Notes under the pieces: model-generated
Database searches by the model: none
What the model was told of the DNA's origin: nothing
Seen by the model: only the letters and a program-made list of their open reading frames with translations
Translations under genes and position numbers: made by a program
From: Vibrio sp.
GTDB taxonomy: Bacteria; Pseudomonadota; Gammaproteobacteria; Enterobacterales; Vibrionaceae
NCBI GenBank assembly: GCA_051650365.1
Contig: JBOFIW010000315.1
Location: 1 to 45,918 of the forward strand
Reading direction: 5' to 3'
Length of the DNA stretch: 45,918 nt
Shown here: piece after piece, positions 36,050-44,685 of the stretch
How positions within the stretch are numbered: position 1 is the stretch's first letter
Layout of the letters: each line of letters begins with the position of its first letter

Positions 36050-37144
36050 TCACAGGCTTGCAGTATCAATACCTTTCCGTTTCAACGCTGGCTCTAGGTG
36101 CTTCCAAGGTGTCGAGATCATTCCTTGAGTTAAGAAGCCTTGCTGCAGAGCAGACACTTTTTTGTCATGCCCTAACACTGCTTTCTGTGTCGCTTGGCTT
36201 TGGCTTTTCAGCCAGTCAATTCGTGTTGTGGCCCCTGCTTTGTCTTCTTCCGTCACTTCATCAACAAACACAACTTGCTCATAACTCAAGGTATTAGGAT
36301 GCGCTGGCCATGGGCTTTTGCCTCTGGGATATACGCCACGGCCAAGGCCATAAAGATTGGCCGTGGCGTGCATATCGCAGATATCTCGCCTTGGATGGTT
36401 CGGGCTTAGCTTGAACTTAGTCCCCACCACAAACTCATCTTCAAAAGCCGAGTTCTGAAACGCCATGCCATAGGCTCGGTTAATCTCAGTTCTCATCACT
36501 CGCTTGATTTGGTGATACGGTGCGCCTTGGTCTTCCATAAGTACATCACTGATTTTTTTATTGATGCCCGAACTGCTAGCCATATTCATTTGCTGAGCAA
36601 ACTCAGCCGGAACAGGCTGCATTCTCCGTTGATAGTCCTGCGCAGCTTCGGAGGCTGAATGTCCCAGGATGACGGCGCGTTCCACGGCGTTGGTTAGCTC
36701 TTGTTTAGCATTGCGATGAACACGCCATAGCCGCTCACTCAGCTGTAACCCATCTTTCTGCTGCATGGTTCGGGTTGCCAGAACGGCAGCATCAATCGAC
36801 TCAGAAACTTTTGCGGCGGGAATACTACTGCTGAAAGTGTTCCCGCCATTTTTAGCAGCTTCAACAATATAGCCTTCTACCAGTTGCGATTGCTTTTGAT
36901 GAATTTGATTCAGTATCTCCTCAATCTGCTTGGTTAGTATCTGCAGCTGGGAAAGACGAACTTGACCTATTTCATCGGCCGCATGACTAATCAGAAACTG
37001 GATTTCAACCAGAGCCGCCTGATATAGCGTGGCTAACTCTTGCATGGCTACAGCATCTAACTCGTTGGTTGCTCGCTGCGCGGCCTGCATCGCTCGGCGA
37101 ATAGTTGCCTGGACTTGTGTGCGTTGATTGTCTGCCATGAGCAT
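36050..37144 (-). CDS. Head morphogenesis protein (Mu gpF / SPP1 gp7-like)
   Basis: 'LSERLW', 'RVMRTEINRAY', 'LSPNHPRRDICD', 'PAHPN'; follows the portal gene. Confidence 0.85.
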   Translation of the reverse strand: MLMADNQRTQVQATIRRAMQAAQRATNELDAVAMQELATLYQAALVEIQFLISHAADEIGQVRLSQLQILTKQIEEILNQIHQKQSQLVEGYIVEAAKNGGNTFSSSIPAAKVSESIDAAVLATRTMQQKDGLQLSERLWRVHRNAKQELTNAVERAVILGHSASEAAQDYQRRMQPVPAEFAQQMNMASSSGINKKISDVLMEDQGAPYHQIKRVMRTEINRAYGMAFQNSAFEDEFVVGTKFKLSPNHPRRDICDMHATANLYGLGRGVYPRGKSPWPAHPNTLSYEQVVFVDEVTEEDKAGATTRIDWLKSQSQATQKAVLGHDKKVSALQQGFLTQGMISTPWKHLEPALKRKGIDTASL

Positions 37145-38523
37145 TACCCGTTGCTGATGGACGTTGCGCTTTCGCCTTTCGGCTGATTGTTTGGGGTGAT
37201 ACTGACTTTGTGCTGCGGCTTATCGTCCTCATCATCGATGTCGTGGTTTTCTGGGTATGGGTCTTTACTGTTTGCCTCGTCTTCACGCATGGCTTCTGCT
37301 CGTTGCACATCCACACCCGCCGCTTCCCAAGCCAGTTTTCTTGGCATACCCAATGCCTGATATTTAAGTGCCAAGTCTGCGCGTTGGTTTTTGCTATCGG
37401 TCATACGTTCAGCAAACTGGATTTGAAACTGGTGCGAATCAGGGTTGATACCGGCTAACAACAGTTGCAGCTTAAAGCCATCTTCATAGGCATACGCCAG
37501 AGCGTCTTGCAGAGCATCAATCTCTTCGTAGTAATCACGCTTTAAGTCTTCCAGTACGTCGCGAGCAAGATCATCAACATAACCGAACAGTCCCTTCGGT
37601 GCTGGTGCACCCGAGAAGAACGCATCGATGAGGAGAGTGATATCAGCAATTTGCTCAAGGTTGGCATCACCACCAATGGCCGTAACACTCAGTTTGTTGC
37701 CGTAAAAGTCAGTGGCGATTTCTCCCGATTGTCCTTCCACTCTGGCGCGGTATTCTTCTAACGCGTTTTTATCAGCACCATCAAGAGAATGCGCTAGCTT
37801 TTGCGGTGCTCGAGTTCGCCGGCGAATAACAAGATCTTCTTCTGTCATTATCAGCTTTTGCCAGATGGTTCGAGCGGCATCGAGATATGGGCGCCCCATG
37901 CAGCCCATATCATCAAAGTTATCAGGGTCTAATCGGCTTACGGTGAGCTGCCAGAGCGGAAAAGTACACAGCTCTTCATAAGTCAAAGGGTCAACTTGTC
38001 GAAAAGCCGCTTTCACATCCTTGAATCGCCCTGTACGGTCAACGATTGGAATGATGGTCTCCGTCGGCATTCGAACTGATGCAACAACTTGTCGTAGCTC
38101 ATTAACTACCCATTGCAGTGGCAAATTGCCTTCTTTGGCTAGCCCAGCGGCATCACTCATCAGTTTCATGCGGTTATTGAGTTGAAGTCGCATGGCAAAC
38201 TGCTGCCACAACTTATTGATTCTGGCATTTTCGGTACCAATCCAATGGAGTTTCAAACCGCCTTTCGTGGCATCACGAGCCATCCGGCGATGAATCTTTT
38301 TCACTCGCGGATCAATCTTATCCATGTAACGCAGTGTCACTATGGCGGCGCGCAGGTTCGGGTCAATCTGCATTTGGTCGTAAAGGTATTGCACTGAGCG
38401 TTCAGGGTCAGCAATGTGGCCTTTTTCTGTCGTGACCTGACCATTGTGATTACCAGTGGTATTAGGCGCGGAAGGCAGAGGCTTGTTTCTCAAGATGGCC
38501 ATAATTTGGGCTAGCTTGCTCAT
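37144..38523 (-). CDS. Portal protein
   Basis: 459 aa directly after TerL; 'GRPYLDAARTIWQKLIMTEEDLVIRR'. Confidence 0.8.
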   Translation of the reverse strand: MSKLAQIMAILRNKPLPSAPNTTGNHNGQVTTEKGHIADPERSVQYLYDQMQIDPNLRAAIVTLRYMDKIDPRVKKIHRRMARDATKGGLKLHWIGTENARINKLWQQFAMRLQLNNRMKLMSDAAGLAKEGNLPLQWVVNELRQVVASVRMPTETIIPIVDRTGRFKDVKAAFRQVDPLTYEELCTFPLWQLTVSRLDPDNFDDMGCMGRPYLDAARTIWQKLIMTEEDLVIRRRTRAPQKLAHSLDGADKNALEEYRARVEGQSGEIATDFYGNKLSVTAIGGDANLEQIADITLLIDAFFSGAPAPKGLFGYVDDLARDVLEDLKRDYYEEIDALQDALAYAYEDGFKLQLLLAGINPDSHQFQIQFAERMTDSKNQRADLALKYQALGMPRKLAWEAAGVDVQRAEAMREDEANSKDPYPENHDIDDEDDKPQHKVSITPNNQPKGESATSISNG

Positions 38524-40118
38524 CGAATATTCCTTAACAGATTGAATGCGCTCGGCGCACCTAAGAGTTGATCTCGGGTTTTGTGATTGATGGTAATGAT
38601 GCTCGGAACAGGTGCTGCGCCTTGGGTAACGAGAGCCCAGTGGCTTGCCATGTGCGCATCAAATAAGTCATCGCCAATGGTTTTCTTCACCATTTGATAA
38701 CTGCTATAGCTACCTGCTTTAACGGGTGACGGTTTGATGTTTTTGAGCTGCCGTGGTAATGCAACATAGTCTTCCAACTGTGGGTCTGATTCCCTGTCAT
38801 CGACATACGGCAACACCATTTGTCTGTTGTGGTACGCGCTACGTAGTGATTGCGCCATTTGATGCTTAGCCATGCCTTCAAATCGGAGCGGTGAGAATGC
38901 CCACTCTGGCCAAGTGGATGCGGTACTTTCACCGCCGCCAATGGTTCGGCGGTCAATTTGTGTTAGCCCTTCAGCAAAAAGATCATCGTTAACCTGCGTG
39001 ATAAGGCCAATACCAAAGGCGTCACCAATCGCATAATCGGGGCGAAAGTAACGCCAGAATCCAACAAGGTCTTTGCGAATCACCCCTTCATCGGTTCCCG
39101 GGTGCCACGTTTTACAGAAGATAACGACAGACCAATTGCCCACCTGCTCTTCAATGACCAATGACGAACGAGAAGAAGCAAGGTTCTCACCGTGGCCTGT
39201 GTGGTCATATCCCCAAGCGATAACGCCGCGCTTTTTGTATACGGCATAGGGCTCAGGTTCGGCGGGTTCCAAACCAATTTTGGCGCCAACTTGAATCGCG
39301 TAACGGATGTACTTTTCCCAAATAAGGTTTTTCGCCGCCACGTTGATACACAGCAACTGACGAATGTATTCATCCTCAGGCAGCTGCTTACGCATGGACA
39401 TAATGAACTCTTCATTCAAAATACCCAGCTCTATGCCGAGGTAACAATCAACGGTAGGTAAGCAGTGATACTCACCAGAATCAATCAAGCCGCTCAACGT
39501 GTCGGCGCCTTTGAATACTCCGGTGATGCGAATTTGTGGTTTGTTTATCGCAGTTTTACTCGCCCCCAAACGACGACTTGAACCCATCATCAACAAAAAT
39601 CGGCCATAGAGACGATCTGCATCCAGGTCATCAACTTCTTCCAATGAGGCCCAAGTTAAGTCACCACCATCGACGTTAGCCATAATCCCGTAAGCTCGCG
39701 CTTTTGAGCGATTGGCAAATTCATAATAGGTATCGGCAAGCTGTTTACGGCCTTGCTTGTAAGCGATAAAACCACTGAGAATGTCTGAACGGCGAATCGC
39801 ATCTAAATGGTAACTGAGGTTAACGAGTGACTGCGCTTCTCGAGGAGCAACGATACCCCCCTCTTGATCGCCATGAATCGCGTTCCAGTTAAGAAAATAC
39901 ATTTCTTTTACTGCTGTTTTACCTGTACGACGACAGCTGTAATCGACGGTATTCGGGTTGGCATCCATTTCTTCCATTTTGAGCAATTGAACGGGATCCA
40001 ACTCCACGTTGTGAACGTGCTTGTGCCACATGCCATGGTTGCCTGCATAACGCATGACTTCTTTTTGCGCTCGACTTTGGATTTCAATGCGCTCTTTGGC
40101 ACTGATACGCTCAGCCAT
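38520..40118 (-). CDS. Terminase large subunit
   Basis: Walker A 'RRTGKT', Walker B 'LEEVDD', nuclease acidic motifs 'GYDHTG' and 'GDDLFDA'. Confidence 0.85.
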   Translation of the reverse strand: MAERISAKERIEIQSRAQKEVMRYAGNHGMWHKHVHNVELDPVQLLKMEEMDANPNTVDYSCRRTGKTAVKEMYFLNWNAIHGDQEGGIVAPREAQSLVNLSYHLDAIRRSDILSGFIAYKQGRKQLADTYYEFANRSKARAYGIMANVDGGDLTWASLEEVDDLDADRLYGRFLLMMGSSRRLGASKTAINKPQIRITGVFKGADTLSGLIDSGEYHCLPTVDCYLGIELGILNEEFIMSMRKQLPEDEYIRQLLCINVAAKNLIWEKYIRYAIQVGAKIGLEPAEPEPYAVYKKRGVIAWGYDHTGHGENLASSRSSLVIEEQVGNWSVVIFCKTWHPGTDEGVIRKDLVGFWRYFRPDYAIGDAFGIGLITQVNDDLFAEGLTQIDRRTIGGGESTASTWPEWAFSPLRFEGMAKHQMAQSLRSAYHNRQMVLPYVDDRESDPQLEDYVALPRQLKNIKPSPVKAGSYSSYQMVKKTIGDDLFDAHMASHWALVTQGAAPVPSIITINHKTRDQLLGAPSAFNLLRNIR

Positions 40119-41076
40119 TGTCTAGCTCTCCAGTGATGTAATCCCCATCTTCAGCAGCATGCTCTTGGCTGTGCTCGATGAGGATATCGTCGTTTCGAAT
40201 GCGCTGGCGAGAGCGAGCAATCATCTCTCGTAACCCTGACATTTCCTCTGTCATCTTCTTCTGGTATTCGAGTGCGGACTCACGGTCATCTTCTTGCTCT
40301 TGCATTCGACCTAGCTCCAAACCGTGGTCAGTCTGAATTTTCGGTGTCATGTTGAGATCAGACATCGAGAGATTATTTTTGCTCAGCATCTCGAGCATGG
40401 GTTTTAAGAGTGGATGAGCTTTAACCTCTTCAATGATTTCCTTTTCTCCACGGTTATTGGTGTACTGGCCGATGTGAAAACCACCGTCTTTGTCGAAGTC
40501 ATACACTGGATTACGCAAGGCAACGCCATCAGCAACAATGGTTTGCATCATGTCTTGGAATATCGCAGCCATGTTTGCTTGGTTGATGGCGTGAAGCTCG
40601 GTGAGCTTGCTCGGGTCGTTGGATTGAAACGCAATAAGATGCTGCATCATCAATTCAGTTCGTTTGATACATGCAGGCTGGGTCGCACAATAGGCGTGGT
40701 CAACATCGCAAGTGGCACACTGAGGGTACTTGCCAGGTCGAGCGGGGAAAAACAAGGCTGTTCTGGCCGTTGCTCCGTGCTTAAGAGCATTAAATCGGCT
40801 CACAGCTCGATCGCTTACTACCCGCAAGTTAGCCGCAGACTTGGCTTTCCCTTCTGTCGTTTTTGGACCTGTAGCCGCTAAAACTGCACAGAACTGCCCC
40901 ACTTCCCATGGTGCTTGCTGAACTTCCCGCTGACAACCATCGCAAATAGCAAAATATCGGAATGGATGCGCGCGACTAGGCTCATCTTCAATACGAGATG
41001 GCTCGCTTTTAAAGGTGTAATTACAGCAGCTGCACTTGAATGTAATCATGGCTCTCGGCAGTTCTCGTTCATTCAT
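40111..41076 (-). CDS. Putative terminase small subunit with zinc ribbons
   Basis: CxxC pairs, 'TGPKTTEGKAKSAANL...NALKHG', 'KAHPLL'; directly upstream of TerL. Confidence 0.65.
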   Translation of the reverse strand: MNERELPRAMITFKCSCCNYTFKSEPSRIEDEPSRAHPFRYFAICDGCQREVQQAPWEVGQFCAVLAATGPKTTEGKAKSAANLRVVSDRAVSRFNALKHGATARTALFFPARPGKYPQCATCDVDHAYCATQPACIKRTELMMQHLIAFQSNDPSKLTELHAINQANMAAIFQDMMQTIVADGVALRNPVYDFDKDGGFHIGQYTNNRGEKEIIEEVKAHPLLKPMLEMLSKNNLSMSDLNMTPKIQTDHGLELGRMQEQEDDRESALEYQKKMTEEMSGLREMIARSRQRIRNDDILIEHSQEHAAEDGDYITGELDNG

Positions 41077-41768
41077 ACAGCCATTTCGCCAGATTTTTGT
41101 TTCTGTATGGAGGGAGTCAATTCGCGCAGCGCTTTATCAGCAAGCAAGATTCTTGACATCGATGCGGTTTGCCCAGTCCAGATGAGCAGTTGATGGGATA
41201 CTTTTTCTCGAGGAACACCTGCCGCAAGGAGGTTAAACAGCAGTATCTGTTTCAAATGATTATTCCAGCTATTCAAGCTAGGGACGTAGATGCGCAATGC
41301 TCGTCTTGATGGTTGATATGCAGCATTGAATAGGGTTTGCCATATAAAGCGATACTGCTCCGCGGTCGTCGCGTAATAGATTTCAAACCAAGGCTTAGGG
41401 AGCCGTCTGGAATCTAACCAATCTTCAAATTCCTCTTCAGACATTTGTGTATGACGTTCAGTAATTGTATCGACATACATTCTGAGCCGATGGCCAGTTC
41501 GCAGCGTTTCGAGGCCTCGCCAAAGTTCAAGAAAGCGTAACGAGCCAAGATGATTCTTAATCTCTGTCCAGTGCTGTGGAAGTGACAAACAGTCAAAAGC
41601 CAAATCAAGCTCATCGGCGCTTAATGAAAGTTCTAATTTGGTGCAGTTATCTAGGTACCGTCCCCCCCCTAAAAGCAAAGAGGAATCTATATGCCGAGCC
41701 CCCACCCCATGAGTAGTGACCTGATGATCTCTTAGTACACCTAGATATTTTGAAATTGAGCTGCGCAT
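41073..41768 (-). CDS. Putative Mor/C-like late transcription activator with a duplicated domain
   Basis: Two copies of 'LP..W.EI......F..W..L......LR.YV', then an HTH-like C-terminus. Confidence 0.5.
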   Translation of the reverse strand: MRSSISKYLGVLRDHQVTTHGVGARHIDSSLLLGGGRYLDNCTKLELSLSADELDLAFDCLSLPQHWTEIKNHLGSLRFLELWRGLETLRTGHRLRMYVDTITERHTQMSEEEFEDWLDSRRLPKPWFEIYYATTAEQYRFIWQTLFNAAYQPSRRALRIYVPSLNSWNNHLKQILLFNLLAAGVPREKVSHQLLIWTGQTASMSRILLADKALRELTPSIQKQKSGEMAV

Positions 41769-42068
41769 TCCCTTGTCCTTTATGAAAACTGAAGTCAGTA
41801 AACACAAAGGCTCGGGCACCACAGTGAATTGATGAGCTGCGCATTCTGTCAGTATGTGCAGCTAGTGATATGTATCACATAGACGGTTTTGTTCGTTTCG
41901 AAGGTGAGTTCTCAAGTCCCTCACAATCGTCCGCTAACATCCAGTATACCTGAGTTTAGAAAATAAGTTAAAGACGGGATATATCAGTTCTAAGACGTTA
42001 AAGTGCAGTAAGGAAGTCTGTGTAGAGCTCTCAAAAATTCAGGGCTTGGAATATGTAAGGGGTTGGTT

Positions 42069-42311
42069 TTAGTCGAAGATAACTGATATCTCAGCTTCAT
42101 TGATAAACAGCCAGGTATGGCCATTGGCGGTGACATCAAGCCCCGAATAAGGGTTGAACAGAATTCTCGCGCCTACTGCGACTTCTTTTACCCGAGGGCC
42201 AACAGCGACTACCTCACCAGTGTTAGCTGGCTTATCTGGCGTCCACAACAAGCTTCTGGGGCGTTCATCTCGCTGAATTACTACCCAATCATGCAGTGGT
42301 CTTAATTTCAT
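42069..42311 (-). CDS. Phage co-chaperonin GroES/Cpn10-like
   Basis: 'MKLRPLHDWVVI', 'GEVVAVGP', 'VAVGARILFNPYSG', 'INEAEI'. Confidence 0.88.
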   Translation of the reverse strand: MKLRPLHDWVVIQRDERPRSLLWTPDKPANTGEVVAVGPRVKEVAVGARILFNPYSGLDVTANGHTWLFINEAEISVIFD

Positions 42312-43354
42312 AGACGTTTCCCTTTTCTTAGCTCATTCAGCAAGGCACTAACTGGCGTATCAATTTTCCCTAATGGGTTCCCTTTATCCAGTACGTTAGT
42401 CATCTTACGCATCGATATATGCGTATAAATCTCTGACGTTTTAGGGTCCGCATGCCCCATCAATGCTTGAATCTGCAGAGTACTGGAATCCGACTCCGCT
42501 AACTCTGTACCAAACAAGTGACGTAGTGCATGAGCGTGGGCTTGGTCTTCCGGAACTCCCGCGGCGATCGCATATTTCTTTATCATCCGGTCAACAGCTC
42601 TAGTTGATAAGCGCCGCAGTTCTCCACGGTGCTCCCATTCCGGAACGTGACGGTTACGAAGATTAACAAACAGTACCTGGTCGCCATCATCAAGCAGACG
42701 ATCAACATGCTTAAGGTCGGGATGGCCAAGATAAGCCTGAACAAGCAGCATAGCTTCAAGGGGAACGGGTACCAATCTCTCACGCTCCCCTTTTTCCATG
42801 GTGCGAATGGCCAGACGTTCAACCTCACCATACTGGTACCAAATAAGCTGTGACTCATTCAAACCGCATAGGCCAGCGACACGAAAACCGCAGCCAATCA
42901 GCAAAGACAGCATCGCACTATCTCGAACACCAGACAGCGATGTTAACTCAGGTTGGAATAACAACGCCTCTGCACTTTTGAGCCCCATAAATCGCGGTAA
43001 TCTGCGCCCAATTTTAGGGTAAACCAAATCCGATGCAGGGTTTTTGGCGACAAGGCGCCGCTTAGCAAGAAAAGAGTAAAAGCCTCGAATAGCTGCGACG
43101 GCCACCTTACGTGATGCCGCCGAATAACCCGCTCGATGCAGCCAACCACCGGAGAACTGCTCTAATGTCTTTAGCTCAGCAGCAGCAAAGTTACCGCTCA
43201 AGAACTTATCTAGTTGGTTAAGCAATCCCCGATACTTCTTCACAGTTCTAGCACTGCAATTCTCGTTCTCGCCTTTCCAGGTAAGAAATTGATCAATCAG
43301 ATCAGTTGGCATTGATGAGGTTTTCATTTCTTTGGTAGGGGCAGAAAAATCCAT
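42308..43354 (-). CDS. XerC/D-like tyrosine recombinase
   Basis: SAM-like N-terminus 'SARTVKKY', 'CGFRVAGL', 'KGERERLVP', 'HALRH', 'MGHADPKTSEIY'; start could be 43327 or 43312. Confidence 0.9.
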   Translation of the reverse strand: MDFSAPTKEMKTSSMPTDLIDQFLTWKGENENCSARTVKKYRGLLNQLDKFLSGNFAAAELKTLEQFSGGWLHRAGYSAASRKVAVAAIRGFYSFLAKRRLVAKNPASDLVYPKIGRRLPRFMGLKSAEALLFQPELTSLSGVRDSAMLSLLIGCGFRVAGLCGLNESQLIWYQYGEVERLAIRTMEKGERERLVPVPLEAMLLVQAYLGHPDLKHVDRLLDDGDQVLFVNLRNRHVPEWEHRGELRRLSTRAVDRMIKKYAIAAGVPEDQAHAHALRHLFGTELAESDSSTLQIQALMGHADPKTSEIYTHISMRKMTNVLDKGNPLGKIDTPVSALLNELRKGKRL

Positions 43355-43732
43355 GGACTTGTGGACTCGCTATGAGAGAACTGACTGAGCCCAGTATCCA
43401 TAAGGGTTCACACTATTTGGAGGGCTTTAGAAAACCCATGGAAAAAACCATGGGAGTAGAAAAAATTCATGGGATAAAAAATAGACAGAAAAAATTATAT
43501 ATGGGGGACTCATTTACGCGCATCTCTCACTTCCTAGTTATCTATCTCTCTCTTTTTATTAAATAAAGAAAGAAAAGAAAGAGAAGGGGTAGCGAAATCG
43601 GCAAAAACAGAAGACATGGACAAAAAAAGCAAACATATGGAAAAAAAAAGCTAATCCATGGATGAAAATTTATTACAAACCCAATAGAGACAATGGATTA
43701 GAAAAAGTAACCCATAATTCCACAGGTTTTAG
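43345..43732. repeat. Iteron-like repeat cluster, probable replication origin
   Basis: About ten A-run+YRTGG units, a central AT/purine-skewed tract (CTCTCTCTTTTTATTAAATAAAGAAAGAAAAG), and inverted units at the right end. Confidence 0.6.
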
Positions 43733-43993
43733 CTAGGTATGTGTGGAAAGGATATTGACGCGACACACCCAAGCCGCCATTCTTTTTTTCACGCTAATCC
43801 CTCTGCCTGCGCGCCCATATTTCTCAAGGGGGTGCGGGGGAAGAGCAATAAGGAGTAAAAGCGCCTGTCTTATGCTGGGCGTTCTTTATATGGGTATCGC
43901 ACTTATCAATAGATACAGAGCCTTCATAAAGAACGCCCTCTTAGAAGTTTTTCAGCGGGGTAAGAATGCACTCATCACCAACAGGAGATGACT

Positions 43994-44557
43994 ATGCAAA
44001 ACGTACTTAAAGCTCGCACAATCGATGAAATAATCATTGAGATCATGGAAAAAGAAGGTTTTCGTTCGAATAACCCAGACGATTTGGGCGGAGACACAAC
44101 TTACGGGATTACCGAAGAAACGGCTCGCAGATTGGGCTACAAAGGCTCTATGGATGATTTGACGCCAGATATAGCTAAAGACATGTACTTAAATGAATAC
44201 GTACGCCGAGTACGGTTCGACAAAGTACATACTGTAAGCCCCATCATTGGTGAAGAACTTATTGATACCGGAGTAAACATGGGACAAGAAACTGCAGCGC
44301 GGTTCTTACAGCGCTGGTTAAACGTCTATAACAACAAGCAGAAATACTATAAGGATATAGTGGTTGACGGACTTATTGGCCCAGCAACCATTTCTGCTCT
44401 AACCGCATTTCTGGCCAAGCGTGGTCGAGAAGGTGAATTCGTTCTATGGAAGTCTCTAAATGCTAGTCAAGGCGGTCGATACTTAGACATAACAGAAGCC
44501 AGAGAGAAGAACGAAACTCAGGTATATGGTTGGATGTTGCAGCGAGTTGGTCTCTAA
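43994..44557 (+). CDS. Endolysin, glycoside hydrolase family 108 with peptidoglycan-binding domain
   Basis: 'KEGFRSNNPDDLGGDTTYGIT', 'DTGVNMG', 'VDGLIGPAT', 'YGWMLQRV'; AGGAG RBS. Confidence 0.9.
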   Translation: MQNVLKARTIDEIIIEIMEKEGFRSNNPDDLGGDTTYGITEETARRLGYKGSMDDLTPDIAKDMYLNEYVRRVRFDKVHTVSPIIGEELIDTGVNMGQETAARFLQRWLNVYNNKQKYYKDIVVDGLIGPATISALTAFLAKRGREGEFVLWKSLNASQGGRYLDITEAREKNETQVYGWMLQRVGL

Positions 44558-44561
44558 TTTC

Positions 44562-44616
44562 GGTTCCAAAACTCAAGCGTAACTTATTGATTTGATTGTG
44601 CTGAATTGTTCCAAAA
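44562..44616. promoter_or_regulatory. Integrase arm sites and IHF site
   Basis: GGTTCCAAAA (44562), TGTTCCAAAA (44607); AATCAATAAGTTA on - (44580-44592) fits the IHF consensus WATCAANNNNTTR. Confidence 0.75.
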
Positions 44617-44685
44617 TGACCCACGCAACACCGACCAAAACCACAGCAAATGTTTATAATTCAATAATTTAGTATGATTAAGCTG

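Noticed and set aside
23364-41912. 13-bp inverted repeat AGAACTCACCTTC (23364-23376) / GAAGGTGAGTTCT (41900-41912) as possible inversion sites
   Set aside because: Matches of this length are expected by chance in 40 kb, it has no dyad structure typical of recombinase sites, and inversion would flip most head and baseplate genes.
12216-43354. RIT (recombinase-in-trio) element or a nested second prophage
   Set aside because: The three recombinases are dispersed, not adjacent, and I found only one att pair and one set of structural genes.
43372-43566. 64-aa + strand ORF
   Set aside because: It runs through the repeat cluster and its composition simply reflects the A-rich repeats; more likely non-coding.
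43345-43732. Possible CRISPR array
   Set aside because: Units are short, degenerate and irregularly spaced, with no constant repeat/spacer pattern and no cas genes.
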